Positions 1-13,215 of a DNA stretch of 64,000 nucleotides are shown piece by piece; position 1 is the stretch's first letter; each line of letters begins with the position of its first letter. The notes under the pieces are model-generated. The model did not search any database and was not told where the DNA came from. It worked only from the letters and a program-made list of their open reading frames with translations. Source of the stretch: the human T2T-CHM13v2.0 reference genome, Homo sapiens; NCBI RefSeq assembly GCF_009914755.1, contig NC_060942.1. The stretch is one strand, 5' to 3'. The translations under genes and the position numbers were made by a program.

Positions 1-2113
1 GTTGGACATGTAACTTTGTATTTATACGTACATAGCTGGCAGTCTTCTTGGCTGCAGATATAGGGAGATTTAAATTCTGCTCTTTCTGCAGACTGAGGTG
101 GAATTACCTTGGGGAAAGGGTAGTTTCTTATTTACAGTACAATCTAAAGACAGATTATCTCATTACACAGAAACGTGACCAGCTCAAAACTTCCTATATT
201 GCAACTTTAACACACCACCTGCCCCCATATCTGCAGCAGCTCAGAGGTTTTTCAATTTGAATTTATCACTATATTCGCATTCTACTGCATGCCACAACAG
301 CAGATTATTATTAGCACTGAATCCCCCTCTGGCACAGCTGTTGAAGAGTAAGTGCTTCTTCGGAGCATCCACCACACTTGTACGGTTTATCTCAGCATTG
401 AACAATTTTTAATCTTCATTCCAGTGCTTGGATTGATAAAACTTAACGTTCTTGCTTTAATAATAAATGCTCATTGTGGTCTATGACACGAATAGCCATC
501 TTGTTTTGGCTTTGTCCGTTCTTCGGCCAGTTTGCTCTCTCCTTTTGTTTTATTTTCTTTTGCTATCAGTGGTTTCTAACCATCAGTCTTTCCTCTCACT
601 TTCTTCACCTTGGATTTTCTATTTAGGACTCTCATTTTACTCCCTTCTCTGTTTTTCTTTTTCTTTTTTTTTTTTTCATTTTTGTTTTTAATATTTCTCT
701 TTTAAGATCTGTGCCTGCTGATATTCTATTGCAAGTCTCACTTCTGGGAATCCACAGTACTGAATTTTTAAAATTCTTTCTTACTTAAGAATATATTTAA
801 GATTCTCTCTTGATATTTTAACACAGAGATAACCAGGCTTTTAATCTGACAGTAGGTCGCACAAGTCATCATCTTGTTTTGGAGTGGATGTATTTTTATC
901 AAGGCCTGATTGAATGGGGATTTGGCCCACCTTCAAGGTACCAGGAAAAGCAGACCGAAGGTGTCCCTCACTGTAATTCCCCCACCCCTCAACCATGAAC
1001 CCAGAACCAGCCATATTCTGTTCACTTCAGAAGGTTGTGTGTACTTTATGCCATACGCAAAATTTTAGGAGGTGTTTAGGAACTGTTTATAGACAAGGTC
1101 TCCATGTCTTTTGATTCTTAGAAGCCAGTTTATTTATTCCCAATAACTACTGGCTATTAAGAGAACCACTTGGAGACAGCTGTGTGGGGAACACACTGCC
1201 TCCACCTTCTTCAGTGTGCCTCCCACAGAGCCTCCCTCGTGACCGAGTCTACACGTTGGAGAATAAGTCCACAGGCTTTGCCATCAGGGATTCTATGGCT
1301 GAACCCTCAACATCGCCACACTCCAAAAAAAAGTTAGACCTTTACATGTGAAAAAGATTTCTGAAAGTTTTAGAGGCATTTAGGTTTCATAGAGCACTCG
1401 CAGAGTCAGCAAGTTATAAAACACTTACTGTGACACGTGGCCTTAAATTTGACCAAAGAGGGAAGAATAAGACAGGTTGCTCTCTAAGGGACAACTCTTT
1501 GGCCAGCAGGACAAAAACCTTCTTCCCATTTCTGTTTTGCTGACTGTAATTAATGATATATTAGTTCGCAGCCTCCCAAATGACTGCATGACAGATGAGA
1601 AACTAGGCAGCAGGAAAAAGAATGAGGGCTCCCCGTACACCTGCCATTGCTCCAACGAGTCATGTGGGATGCCCATTTTCAGCCAGAGTGGACGAATCAC
1701 GATTCATTCCAATGGTGGTGCAGTTAAATGAGGTAAACTAAATTATATTTGGCTTTCAACTTTTGAATCCTAGCCTGTGTCTCCCTAAGACACTGGGGTT
1801 TATTTCAATAACAGAGCTTGACGGTAATTTATAATGAGGTCATTCTCACCTGGGGACTGTGTACTCCCAGGAGTAACACCCAGGAGACGGCTACTGTGAT
1901 CATTTATTATTCAAAGTACTACAGATCTCTGAGTAAATTAGAGCCCCCATTAGCCATTGACACAAAATTCTGGGAACTGAACACATTTCCAGAATATGTT
2001 TTCCTGTATTAGTCCAGACCTCTTGAGACTGTAGTTTACGACTCCCCAGGAAGATCTCGGCCCCTCTAAAAAGCCAGAAGATCAAACACCACTTAGAGGT
2101 TACGGTTCATTCT

Positions 2114-2356
2114 GGCTGAGTATGGTGGCTCACACTTGTAATCCCAACACTTTGGGAGGCCTGAGTGATCACCTGAGGTCAGGAGTTCGAGATCAGCCTG
2201 GCCAGCATGGTGAAACCCTGCCTCTACTAAAAATGCAAAAATTATCTGGGCATGGTGGTGCTCACCTGTAACCCCAGCTATTCGGGAGTCTGAGGCAGGA
2301 GAATCACCTGGATGACAGAGCAAAAACTCTGCCTCAAAAAAAAAAAAAACAAAAAA
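2114..2356 (+). mobile_element. AluS (Sx-like) SINE with ~60 bp deletion in the right arm
   Basis: Starts GGCTGAGTATGGTGGCTCAC; CACCTGAGGTCAGGAGTTCGAGA; A-rich linker and poly-A tail. Flanks AGAGGTTACGGTTCATTC / AAAGGTTACAATTCATTC form a degenerate TSD. GAATCACCTG|GATGACAGAG joins across the deleted segment. Confidence 0.95.
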
Positions 2357-2690
2357 GGTTACAATTCATTCATTTTAGTCTGATGCAACTAACTTGGGAT
2401 AATTTAATAGACTAACAATAAAAAACTAAGCAAATTATGACTCTAATAAATCGAATTCCCATGTAATTCTGCAGTCAGGACCCCAAAATTTTATGAAGGG
2501 TAATTTATTCTGACTTCAAAAGGAAATGTATAATACAAACTAAAAAAAAATTAACATGTTCTTAATTCAGGGTTCCCCTTTGGTTTTTTAACCTTATGAA
2601 CACTGGAACATTCTAGCTATTAAAATCTTTCATGAAAATTGAACAGGAATGTATTAGCTTTAATAAAGTAATAGCCAATCAAAAAAATTT

Positions 2691-2821
2691 AATTTTGATT
2701 TTAGTAGAGACGAGGTTTCACCATGTTGGCCAGGTTGGTCTCAAACTCCTGACCTCAAGTGATCCCCCGCCTTGGCCTCCCAAAGTGCTGGGATTACAGG
2801 CATGAGCCACAGTGCCTGGCC
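2691..2821 (-). mobile_element. AluS left monomer only (right arm absent)
   Basis: TTAGTAGAGACGAGGTTTCACCATGTTGGCCAGG...GGATTACAGGCATGAGCCACAGTGCCTGGCC. Confidence 0.92.
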
Positions 2822-3837
2822 TACATATAATTATAACCATATTCGTTTTTAAGTATACTTTATTAAACATGATTATAAACATAACAATTTCACAGATTTT
2901 AAGGAAATTTTATAGTATGTAAGGTAAAATGATTCAGTTGATCTGTATAAGCAAGATCTTAGAGAAATCATAAAAGTTAACATAAGACTTCCTGTAAGAT
3001 TTGTAATTTATAATCTTGACAAATGCATTTCTGAGTTACCATCCATGAATTTTGGCTCAAGTTATAAGCTTCTGTCAGGTATTTATAGAGTAAAAATCAT
3101 ATCCTAATTTCATATCTAACACAAAACTTTGCAGCCACTGGAAGATTGGTGATGGACATTTAATTGAAAAGAGACACTCGTAAGTGTCTTTTTCTAAATC
3201 ATTCCTCTTTGCTGCTTTTTGACGTGTGCTACAAGCAATTGTAAAAGAAAAAAAATTCTATTTTTTCTTTAAGATAATTGAAATCCTTTGTCATCTAATT
3301 ACATTGTTAAACATCTTTTCATGCTCTTATTACCTTTATCTAATGTTTAGCACATAATATTAAAATGTTCAGATGCTATCTTTTATATATTTTTTCTCAT
3401 CAATTTTAATTATAATGACCATGATTAGAATTAAATAATAATTACTTGAACAAAAAGACTGAGCATTTTATGGTGTGGTTGTGAGGAGGAGTTATTTTAT
3501 ATCATAACTAACACTGAAAAAAGTCCCAGAATCATGATTCCTAAAAAGATATAAACTCTTTGGAGGATGATTTGTATAGGAGAACTGAATATTCTATGAG
3601 CCATTCTTGAGAAAATCTGTCCTCCCTGCTTCACTGTAGGTGGAATGTAATTTTATAGTAAGATACATATGCCAATGTTATTTTGTTCCTGGCTCAATTC
3701 TCTTGCAAGATTTCTCCATTGATTTCTTTAAAAAGCATTCTCTGTGATAACAAACATGCCTTGTATGTGCAGACCTTGATCTTGCAAGCTCTCTTAATAC
3801 TCACGTAATTTTGGTGATTATAGCAAAGGTCAATTCC

Positions 3838-4140
3838 AGTTCAGCAAGCATTAATTAATAGTCCTTTACATGCCAGACACTACAAAAGTTGTGAGGATAG
3901 AAAGGAGAAAACCACATCACCTTTCCCTGGACATTCTCTCCGTCTACTTACAACTTGCCAAACAGATCATTACAGTGTGATATGAAAAATACCATGACAA
4001 AGTTTATCCAAGAAAGTGTAGGTGGAGAATAGAATAGTTCATGAAGCATGAGAGACTTTTGGGGAGGCTTTTTGAAATAGCAAATACCTGATATATGTTC
4101 TTCAGGAATGGGAAGGATTCCATCGGAAAGTTAACTGAGC
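3838..4140 (-). mobile_element. L2 LINE 3' end relic
   Basis: TCAGCAAGCATTAATTAATAGTCCTTTACATGCCAGACAC resembles the reverse complement of the L2 3' terminus; boundaries approximate. Confidence 0.55.
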
Positions 4141-4182
4141 ATCTTATTTACAGCAAAAGGAAAAAATTAGTAAATACGTAAG

Positions 4183-4573
4183 TGATATGGTTTGGGTCTA
4201 TGTCCCCACACAAAGCTCGGGTCACATTGTTATTCCCAATGCTGGAGACGGGGCCTGGTGGGGGGTGATTGGATCATGGGGGCGGCTTTTCCCTTTGGTG
4301 CTGTTCTCTTGATACTGAGTGAGTTATCGTGAGATCTGTTTTAAAAGTGTAAGGCACATCCCACCTCTCTATCTTCCTTCGCTCTGGCCATGTGAAGACA
4401 TGCCTGCTTCCCCTTTGCTTTCCACCGTGATTGTAAGTTCCCTGAGGCCTCCCCAGCCATGCTTCCTGTACAGGCTGCAGAACCGTGAGCCAATTAAAAC
4501 TCTTTTCTTAATTTAAACTCAGTCTCAGGTATGCAGGTATCTCCTTATAGCAATGCGAGAACGGACTACTACC
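4183..4573 (+). mobile_element. MSTA-like MaLR solo LTR
   Basis: TGATATGGTTTGG start; GATTGTAAGTTCCCTGAGGCCTCCCCAGCCATGC; ATTAAA polyA signal; 5-bp TSD GTAAG/ATAAG. Confidence 0.92.
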
Positions 4574-4789
4574 ATAAGCATACATTTTAGCAAAGAATGT
4601 TTAATGAAATAAATAAATGGCATATGAAATATTAAGTTTTTAAGTACGTAAAATACCTCTGTGTGTTTTATCTATCATTAGCAGATGATATCATTTTAAG
4701 CAGAGATCAATATTTTATCTACTTAGAGAATAACATAAATCAGTCAACATTTAAAAGGGAGTGCCAAGATATTTAGCAGTATTTTATGA

Positions 4790-4962
4790 AGAGTACCTCA
4801 TCAAATGGCACTTTACCTCTATAAGGCAGATTTTATTATTATGCTTATTTATAGGTAAAGTAACTAAGGGATACAGAGTCTAAGTAATTTGTCAATAAAT
4901 TTAAGTTGCATAACTAATATGTGTTAGGGAATTGATTCAAATGCAGGTGAACTGTCTTCAGG
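4790..4962 (-). mobile_element. MIR SINE relic
   Basis: TTATTATTATGCTTATTTATAGGTAAAGTAACTAAGGGATACAGAGTCTAAGTAATTTGTC resembles the MIR core, reverse strand. Confidence 0.55.
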
Positions 4963-6847
4963 TTCTCTTATCAAAATATGCCATCCGGTCACTCAAGATC
5001 CTGACTATCTTCTACCTACTGAGAAGCTATTCCATGATGGAGTAGATAGATGAATTGGGGAGTAGGGCTGAGAACCTGTTTGGTGCTGGACATCAGTTCC
5101 TGAGATAGGATATGACTCTCACAGGCTGGAAGGAGCTGAGCATGATAAAAACAGCTAGTCCATGTGCCAAAGAAAATTAATCAGAATTTCAAATGTAGAC
5201 AAATACGTTGACCTAGATATTAGCAGGGAGTAGAATTTAATAGACAAGTAGTGTCAATTTATGACCATAAATTGCTAAGAAGTTTTTTCATCTTTTCTGT
5301 GGCCTCTTCAAAGCAAAGCCTAATATATTCACAGATATTTCCTTGACACCTGGAAACATCTTTTTCTGAAGCTATGTTGAATCTATTTTGTATAATATGT
5401 TTGCCTTGCACAAACTAATTACAAGACATTTTGTAATCTTGGTTCCTTACTTTGTTTATATACATTTTTGTCTCCAAAAAGCAAAGATTGCATCCTAAAT
5501 TTCTTTATTTTTCCTCACAGATTTTTTAAATAGTGCTACCCATGTTGTTTATGTAGTGAAATTATTATATTATGTGCATGTTCAACCGAGGTAAATATAG
5601 TTACATGTGCAAGAGAGAAAGGAGGGTAGAAATTTAAAGAATTAAGACTTTTCCCACCTTCTCATCCATGAGCACCCACCCAGAGTGACCATGAAAGGGT
5701 AGCTGAATCATACTGACCTCAGCCATACTCAGCTTCCTCAGATTATTCATAATATGAGCATTTCAAGCATTGAATATGATCCTTTGGAATCAAAGTTACA
5801 TAGTTTTCATTCAGCATGTCCCCTAAATAAGAGGTAACTAATTATGCTGGTGTTCCACTGAAAGGCACAGTGATCTCTTTCAATCTTGGAGAAAAAACTG
5901 AATGTTAAAATTACTGTTAAATCATATGTCGGTCTCCAATATATAGATTTCCTGAGTGACTTTTACAGGAAATGTTAACATAATCATCACTCTAGGAGTC
6001 ACCCATGGAACATAACTAATGTCAGTTGGGACTGTCATATATTCAGTAAAAATCTTTTAAATAAACTGATAGAATTGGCAAGTGTTAGGGCTCATGGTGG
6101 GACCAGGGACACTGTTAGAGATATTTGCTAGGGAATGTCTAAATATGGTTTAACTCCATACTCCTTCAATTCTCCAACACAAGACTTGTAAAGAAGAAAA
6201 TAGGGCCCCCAAATGACTTTCCTTCAAGTTACCCTGAGTTATGCTACCCCACATTCACACTTTTGGTCTAGCTGTGTTGAAGTATACAACTTACAGTTTT
6301 GATAAGAGTAAGAATCTTGAGTTTAATGTGAAAAATATCATGACAAATTCATCCAGGAAAAGTGTGGGTGGAGAATAGAATAGTTTACCAAGCGCTCTAT
6401 AGCTCTAGTGAGTTCTCCACTTTATCTAAGCCCAAACTCAATATCAGCAATCTGCATGAGATATAAAACCTAGGGAATGACAAAAGTAATCACACTGTGT
6501 GTTAGAGAAAGAGAAGTCCAAGATGATTGACCCTATAATAAGATCAAAACTTTATTTTCCGACCACTTCTGATGGACACCAAAGGGAAGATAAAATGGAG
6601 AAAAACTCAGATGCAATATTTTTCAATAAATAGTAAATCTTTCCACAAGCAAAAGGCCCAATCATATTTCTAGGCAATCTGAAACTATCAGATTTCTGGT
6701 TGCAGAGCTGGAAAGGTGATATAATAGAGATCTTTCTCTTCACTCTGAAACGTCTGTCTTGATTTATTACCTGTGTTATAGCAGATTTGGTAGAATGTTG
6801 AGAACAGGCTACTTTTAAAAAAAATTCTTCCTTTTTAAATTTGGAAC

Positions 6848-7501
6848 TGAACTGTGTCATTGTCTGGGGTAAATACCTGAGATTCGTTGTCTCATGGCCA
6901 CGGAAAACTAGGATGCAGACACACAAAGAGTAAGCTTAAGAGCACAAGTTTAATAGGCGAAAGAAAGAGAATAGCTCTCTCTGTAGGGGTTTCTGCTTCC
7001 ACGGTAAAAGTCAGGGAGATTTGTAGATGGGCTTGAGGAGGTGGTGCCTAATTTACAAAGGGTACGAAAGATTGGTCAGACCAGGTGTGTCATTTGCATA
7101 AGGTGCGAAAAACTGGTTAGGACTAGGTGTGTGCCATTTGCATAGGGCGCAAAAAGCTGGCTGCCCCCATCCTAATCTTTTATTATGGAGATGGGTTCTC
7201 TACCTGGCCTGTACCATGTTGCCTGTTTCTTTATGGTACACGTGGTAAAAAACAAGAGAGAAGATGGAGCGTCCATGTTGGATATGCCTGGACCCCAGGT
7301 AGCCTTTTTCTATTGGCACAGCTGCCGGCATTCACCCATGCAGACTTCCAGCTCGCTTATCTATGTTTGCAGCTCGATTTTTCAGGCTGCTCTTTGTTAG
7401 AAAAAAATAATTTCTTGGGCTGCTTTTCGTTAGAAAGGAAGCTTTGCCGAGGACTCTTTTACCCTCACTATCTGTCTAAATAATTTCTATCTCCTGTATC
7501 A
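6848..7501 (-). mobile_element. ERV1 solo LTR, LTR9-like (HUERS-P3 family)
   Basis: Minus strand begins TGATACAGGAGATAGAAATTATTTAGACAGATAGTGAGGGTAAAAGAGTCCTCGGC and ends ...TTTACCCCAGACAATGACACAGTTCA; TG...CA termini; 4-bp TSD GAAC/GAAC. Confidence 0.85.
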
Positions 7502-9503
7502 GAACTTACTGCAACTTCTATTTCTTATATTTTGTATATCTTAAAACAACATTATGAACTATTACCACATATTTGATGTCGGTATTGCTTTGGAATTCCA
7601 TAACTATAAAGCCAAACAGAGAAATTGAAAAGGTTTGTGAAATATGATAGAATGAAAGTATTGAAGAATAAAAGCAGCTAATAAATGGAAAAATACATCA
7701 GTCATCACTAAGGATAGCATACACTTCTTCATCACGTAAGTTTGCATATGAATAGGAGCTCAATTGGCCAATACTGAGTAGTCAACTTGTTCAATTTTTC
7801 CAATTCCCCAAATAGCAAGTACATTGGCTTAGGTCATCCTTTTTATAAAGACCAGAAATCATGGGTTACTGCCTTTGAATTAGGAGTGCAGTTTGTGGCT
7901 GGGATTGGAGGAGTCATGTTGGGTGCAACATGACAGCATAGGTAGAAGGGTCCATGGGTGAATGGACACAATAGATAAAGCTACCATTAACCAGGTCCAG
8001 CAGATTTCACTGTATCACTTACATGTTTGTTAGCCTAACACTAACTATGAAACTGAAACACTAACCAACACAAGGTGGTCAAATTGTTATGAAGGGGGTT
8101 TAGTATTTGGAATCATCTCCTTCCTAAGCTTTTGTTTTCATCTATTTTCTAACTATATGTCTTTTAAAGGTTCCGTAGCTTTGGCAGATCTGTGCATATG
8201 CTATCTGACTTTGTCTAGCATTTTTAGTGCACCCCTTCCTGATTGCTAATGCTCTTGGAGTTGCCCAGGTATAAGAGTTCCTAAAGGATTAGCAGATCTC
8301 ACTTGCTGGTAAGCTCCAAGCTTATTTCATAAGATTCTGTCACTCGGGGGATAAAGTTGAGTCCAATGCTCTACTTCTTTGCTGTCATCCTGACTGCCCC
8401 ACAATTGATTTTATGCCTTTTGATGGCCCTTTGTAGTTATGATAATGCTGCCTTATGTCTCTAAATATGCAGAAAGCCAGAAACTTAAATGTAAAATAAG
8501 TAGCATGAAATACTGCTAAATTACAAGAACTAAAGTAATTTTACTTCTGTCTTTCATCTTAAGCCTAATTCCCAAAGTAAAAGTGTTGCATTATTCCCTT
8601 TAAAAAAATTGATATGATAATTAAATCCTAAAACAGGCATGTTATAGCTCGTCCTTCTGTCCTGTGAACCAACCAAATCCAGTCTCACTGTACTGTCAAA
8701 ATAATCCTACCCTAATAAGTAAAATACTATCTTACTAGAAAGATAGATTTTCAGTTTTATCCTGGTCCCCAGTTGCCACTCTGTAAAAAGCAATTTGGGT
8801 CACTCCTTAGAGCACAAATGTACTTTCTAAGGAGCATTTTTGGCTATGCATGAGCATTAATAAACACAGAAAGATTCTTCCATTTAGATTGGATAGCAAT
8901 GCATTTGAATTTATAGAGCTGCTTTGTCATTTTTTAAATGGAGAGGTTGGTCTAGCTTATATTTAATTTCCCTTCCAGAATTAAAATCTTGTTATTATAT
9001 GATTCTACAATACAGTTAAGTATTCCTTTTGGAAACAAAAGGATCAGAACACAAGCAAAATTCGAATTAGGTAAAAAAAAAAAAAGGTTTTTTATTCTCG
9101 ATGGCCTATCAAATTTTCTCCTATATTCTCTTGAACTCTAGTTTAGTGTCAGAGAGTTACTGTTTGTGGTCATTTTCTAACTGCTTTAAATTATTGCTTC
9201 CTTCAGAGCTACCATTTGAAAGAAAGCTTGAAAACAGGAAAGCCTTCAAGATAGCAAGTGATCAGTTACCAAAAGTGGAATTTCAGGAAATTACAGGTGG
9301 CCCTTCAATTGACATAGCGTAACTTATCTACTCACTTCTTCTGGAGTAAGCATGAAGTTCTGGAGAATTACACTGGCTCTGTTCTTATAATTGATTATCA
9401 GTTGAGTAAAATAGTCAAACAACTATTTCATTTATTGGTCAAAATACAGCTGTTTCATACTTGTTTTGAAGGCAGGCTAGACAAAATAATAATAAGCACA
9501 AAA

Positions 9504-9836
<333 letters not shown>

Positions 9837-9877
9837 TTATTTCAAAATGTGCATAGAGTAGAGTTTGAGAAACAATT

Positions 9878-10073
9878 CGTTTGGCAAACAGTACGTGGTT
9901 CTGTTTTATGAATAAAGTTTTATTGAAACACAGTGATGCCTACTTGTTTTTGTATCTTCTAAGGATGCATCTGTACTACAGTGGAAGAGTAGAGTAGTTG
10001 CAAGAAACCACATGGCCACAATGCCAAAAATATTTACTATCTGTACCTTACAAAAACGGTTTGCTGACACCAG
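9878..10073 (+). mobile_element. MER58A-like hAT-Charlie DNA transposon (MITE)
   Basis: TTGGCAAAC...AATAAAGTTTTATTGAAACACAG...AAAATATTTACTATCTG...GTTTGCTGACACC, with degenerate terminal inverted repeats. Confidence 0.85.
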
Positions 10074-10863
10074 AATGAGAATGAAAATAATTTTAGTTTC
10101 AAAAATATTTGAATATATGTGCAGTTAGAGAGAAAAGGAATTCAACTCAAGTAAAATATATCATTTGAAAGAAATGATACATCAAGCATGTTTTGTCTAC
10201 TGCTCACACATTGGGCAGTAGACTGAACCTGCTGCCAAACATAGCTGGTGACTGAGGAAGATTACATGTGAACCAAACCTCTTATTTCAGATGAGGTTTT
10301 CCTCATGGTGACCACGAGAAGACAGGCACCATTCTTTGTATTGCTACTCACCGTTTCCCTCATACTTCTTACGGCAGTACCCCATAATGCTTAACACAGT
10401 ACTGAAATCAGAACTTCTACTTGGGACTGTTCAACACCAAGGGCAGCCAAACCACTGCCAAATAGCACTTTTTCAAATTACATTCTCAGCTGTCCCTCTC
10501 ACAGTCAGGTCAAAGCCCTGCCTATCTTGCTTGCCTAAGAGCAGTATGTTATTTTAGGCAACTGTAGATAGTAAACAAAATTGAAGACTTTTGCCAGGGG
10601 CATGTCACAGACATTTCACCAGAAGACAACTTTTGCTATCCATTCCTAGAGATCATAGAATATGAAATGTTAAGTACAAAATAGATTTCATGGGTTAATA
10701 TTTGACCTTTTTTTGATTTTCTTATTAATCAAAGAAAAATATGATAGCCAGTCAAGATAGACTGTCATTTATAATAAATCGTGTTGATATAAATAAAATA
10801 AAGTATCAAAAATATGACTGTACTTATGATTCATATTTAATTTTGCTTAAGATTAAAATATAT

Positions 10864-11149
10864 GGCCAGGCATGGTGGCTCACGCCTGTAATCCCAGCAT
10901 TTTGGGAGGCCAAGGTGGGCAGATCGCAAGGTCAGGAGCTCGAGGCCAGCCTGCCCAACATGGCAAAACCCCATATCTACTAAAAATACAAAAAATTAGT
11001 CAGGCATGGTGGCGGGTGCCTGTAATCCCAGCTACTCAGGAGGCTGAGGCAGGAGAATCACTTGAGGCGGAGGTTGCAGTTAGTCAAGATCGCGCCACTG
11101 CGCTCCAGCCTGGGTAACAAAAGCGAAACTCCATCTCAAAAAAAAAAAA
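10864..11149 (+). mobile_element. Full-length AluS (Sg/Sc-like)
   Basis: GATCGCAAGGTCAGGAG (2-bp-deletion type), poly-A tail, TSD AA(G/A)ATTAAAATATAT. Confidence 0.96.
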
Positions 11150-12669
11150 TTAAAATTAAAATATATTTATAAGATCATCTCTGGCACTGTTTGAATATGT
11201 TTTTAAGTTGGAAAGTCATATTGGAATGAATGTGCTTTTTATTTTTTGGAGAATATAATAGTAGATTCTATAGAAGGATAGGGCAAAATTATGCTATCAT
11301 ATGGTGATTAAGATAGTACCAAATGTCTGATTGTCAAGTCATATTCAAAGGAATTGCTGATAGTTAAAGAATGCAGGCAATTACAAGACCTAAGCAATGT
11401 ATGCAGAAGTCCGAGACCATCTCTGCAGCTCACGTGGTCCTTCCTTATTACATTAGGATGCACTGTCATTCAGACTTAGTATCTGAAATTCTAAGTTTGT
11501 TTGCTTAAAAAAAAGCCATTTTGGTTATAAAATATCTCCAATTTATACCTCCATTAATTAAAAGAAAAAGATGACATTTTTCCAGGAAACCATACCCTAA
11601 CACATTAATAAATTCCAGTTTTGTTTACAATAGGCCTCCTAGATAAATCACGTTATATGACTACATGCATTTTGTAGATAGATACTCTGTATTTTCTGAT
11701 AGTGAGTATCATTAGGGTGTTTGCTACAAGGTTTTATTAACTTGTGCACAAGAAAATTTGATCCTATCACTCTTTTTTTTCCTCCCAGGAAAGAGGTTAA
11801 CATCCTACTGTTAATATGCTCCTTCACAGTGATGATACATGAGTTGCCCCAACTGGTACATTGTTGAGAATCAAATTTATATTTTTAATTAATATATAAT
11901 TTCAACCAGTAAAAACCAGTATTGTCTGGAACAAACAAAGGCATTGTCAAACTAGACACTTGTAACCATGTAGCACTAAGGTTACCTTGTAGACATACCA
12001 GAAAACAGACATGGGAAATTATTAAAAACAATATTACAAGCTAGTAATAAATGTTAACCTATAATGCTTGACAAAAACAATATATTTTGTTTTGCCTTAA
12101 CATGTGGAGTTGAGAATCATTGTCAAGATGATGATTTGAGGGAAGACCCAAAACTCTGGGTCTTTTGTTGTTGTTGCTGTTGCTTTCTTTTTTTAAAAAA
12201 AAAATATATGCATACATATATTTTTTCTTTTCTCTTTTCTGTGTACCGTACATATCTCTAAGGCTCAAGGAATTAAACAGCTTCCTTTTGCATGACCTGA
12301 ATACAATTTTCTGTATATTACTCCAAAATTTCAAGAGTTCTAAATTTTAGGGACAAAATAGAAAACATATGCAGTCTTTTTTGAAGGTGGCTTAGAAAAA
12401 GGCTTTCTTTCTAAATTGTGAGTGTAAGATGTAAGCAAGTCTCCGAGATTTACATTAGTGAACACACAAAGTTCCAGAATAAAGGCTAGGGATAGACCAT
12501 TCACAGCAGGTTCCAAGACAGATTCTAAAGGATGTCACCACGGCCCATCATTTGCCAAGCTCTATATGCATGGGGTAGCTTCTTGGCCCTTGGCAGCTAC
12601 CCAATCTCATAACTTTTACATCTGGAGGCACACATTCAGCCCTAGTTAGTATCACATTCTCCATGTTGT

Positions 12670-13215
12670 TAAGTTAAATTGCCTTTGGCCGCAGTAACAA
12701 AATGCTTGATTAAAACTGGCTTAAACAATAATAACGTTTATTATCTTGCTTAAAAATTTCCACTGGCAAATCAGTTACAGAAGGCTCTACAAGTTCATCT
12801 TTGCAAAAACTAGGGGATTTTTATCTTTCTTGAAACTCCAGGATCCAGACTTTCATCCTCAAACTTGCTCCCAGAGAAATCAAAAATAATTAATCATCAC
12901 AGTCTACAGAATTTATCCAAAGGCAGATAGAAAGACAACATTTTCCTCATGGGCCTTACTTTTATTACAGAAAAATTATTTACCAGTAGCCCAAGAGCAG
13001 ATTTATATTTTATGAGTCAAAACTGGGTCTCCACAGTCATCCTAGATCATTTAACATCAAAAAGAATTACACTACTGCAATTGGGTATCTCAATCATGAT
13101 TAATGACCAAAGACACATATTGCCACTCCAAATACATGCAAAAATTTAAGTTTCTGCTATAAAGGATGATGGAGAGGATAGCTGTTGGGGATGAAGCTTA
13201 GCTTGGGTCTGCATG
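12670..13215 (-). mobile_element. LTR33-like ERVL LTR, old
   Basis: CTGGCTTAAACAATAATAACGTTTATTATCT near one end; AAAATTTAAGTTTCTGCTATAAAGGATGATGGAGAGGATAGCTGTTGGG near the other. Confidence 0.55.

Noticed and set aside
321-336. CTCF-like motifs (also ~41129-41148)
   Set aside because: Several mismatches at core positions; expected by chance
2093-2323. Alu-derived ORFs (also 9455-9812, 10872-11117, 18202-18435, 38162-38497, 42603-42998)
   Set aside because: Typical Alu translation artefacts ([16 protein letters not shown]); not genes
7279-7289. p53 half-site-like sequence in the LTR9-like element
   Set aside because: The core is mutated (GGATATGCCT rather than GGACATGCCT) and there is no adjacent intact half-site
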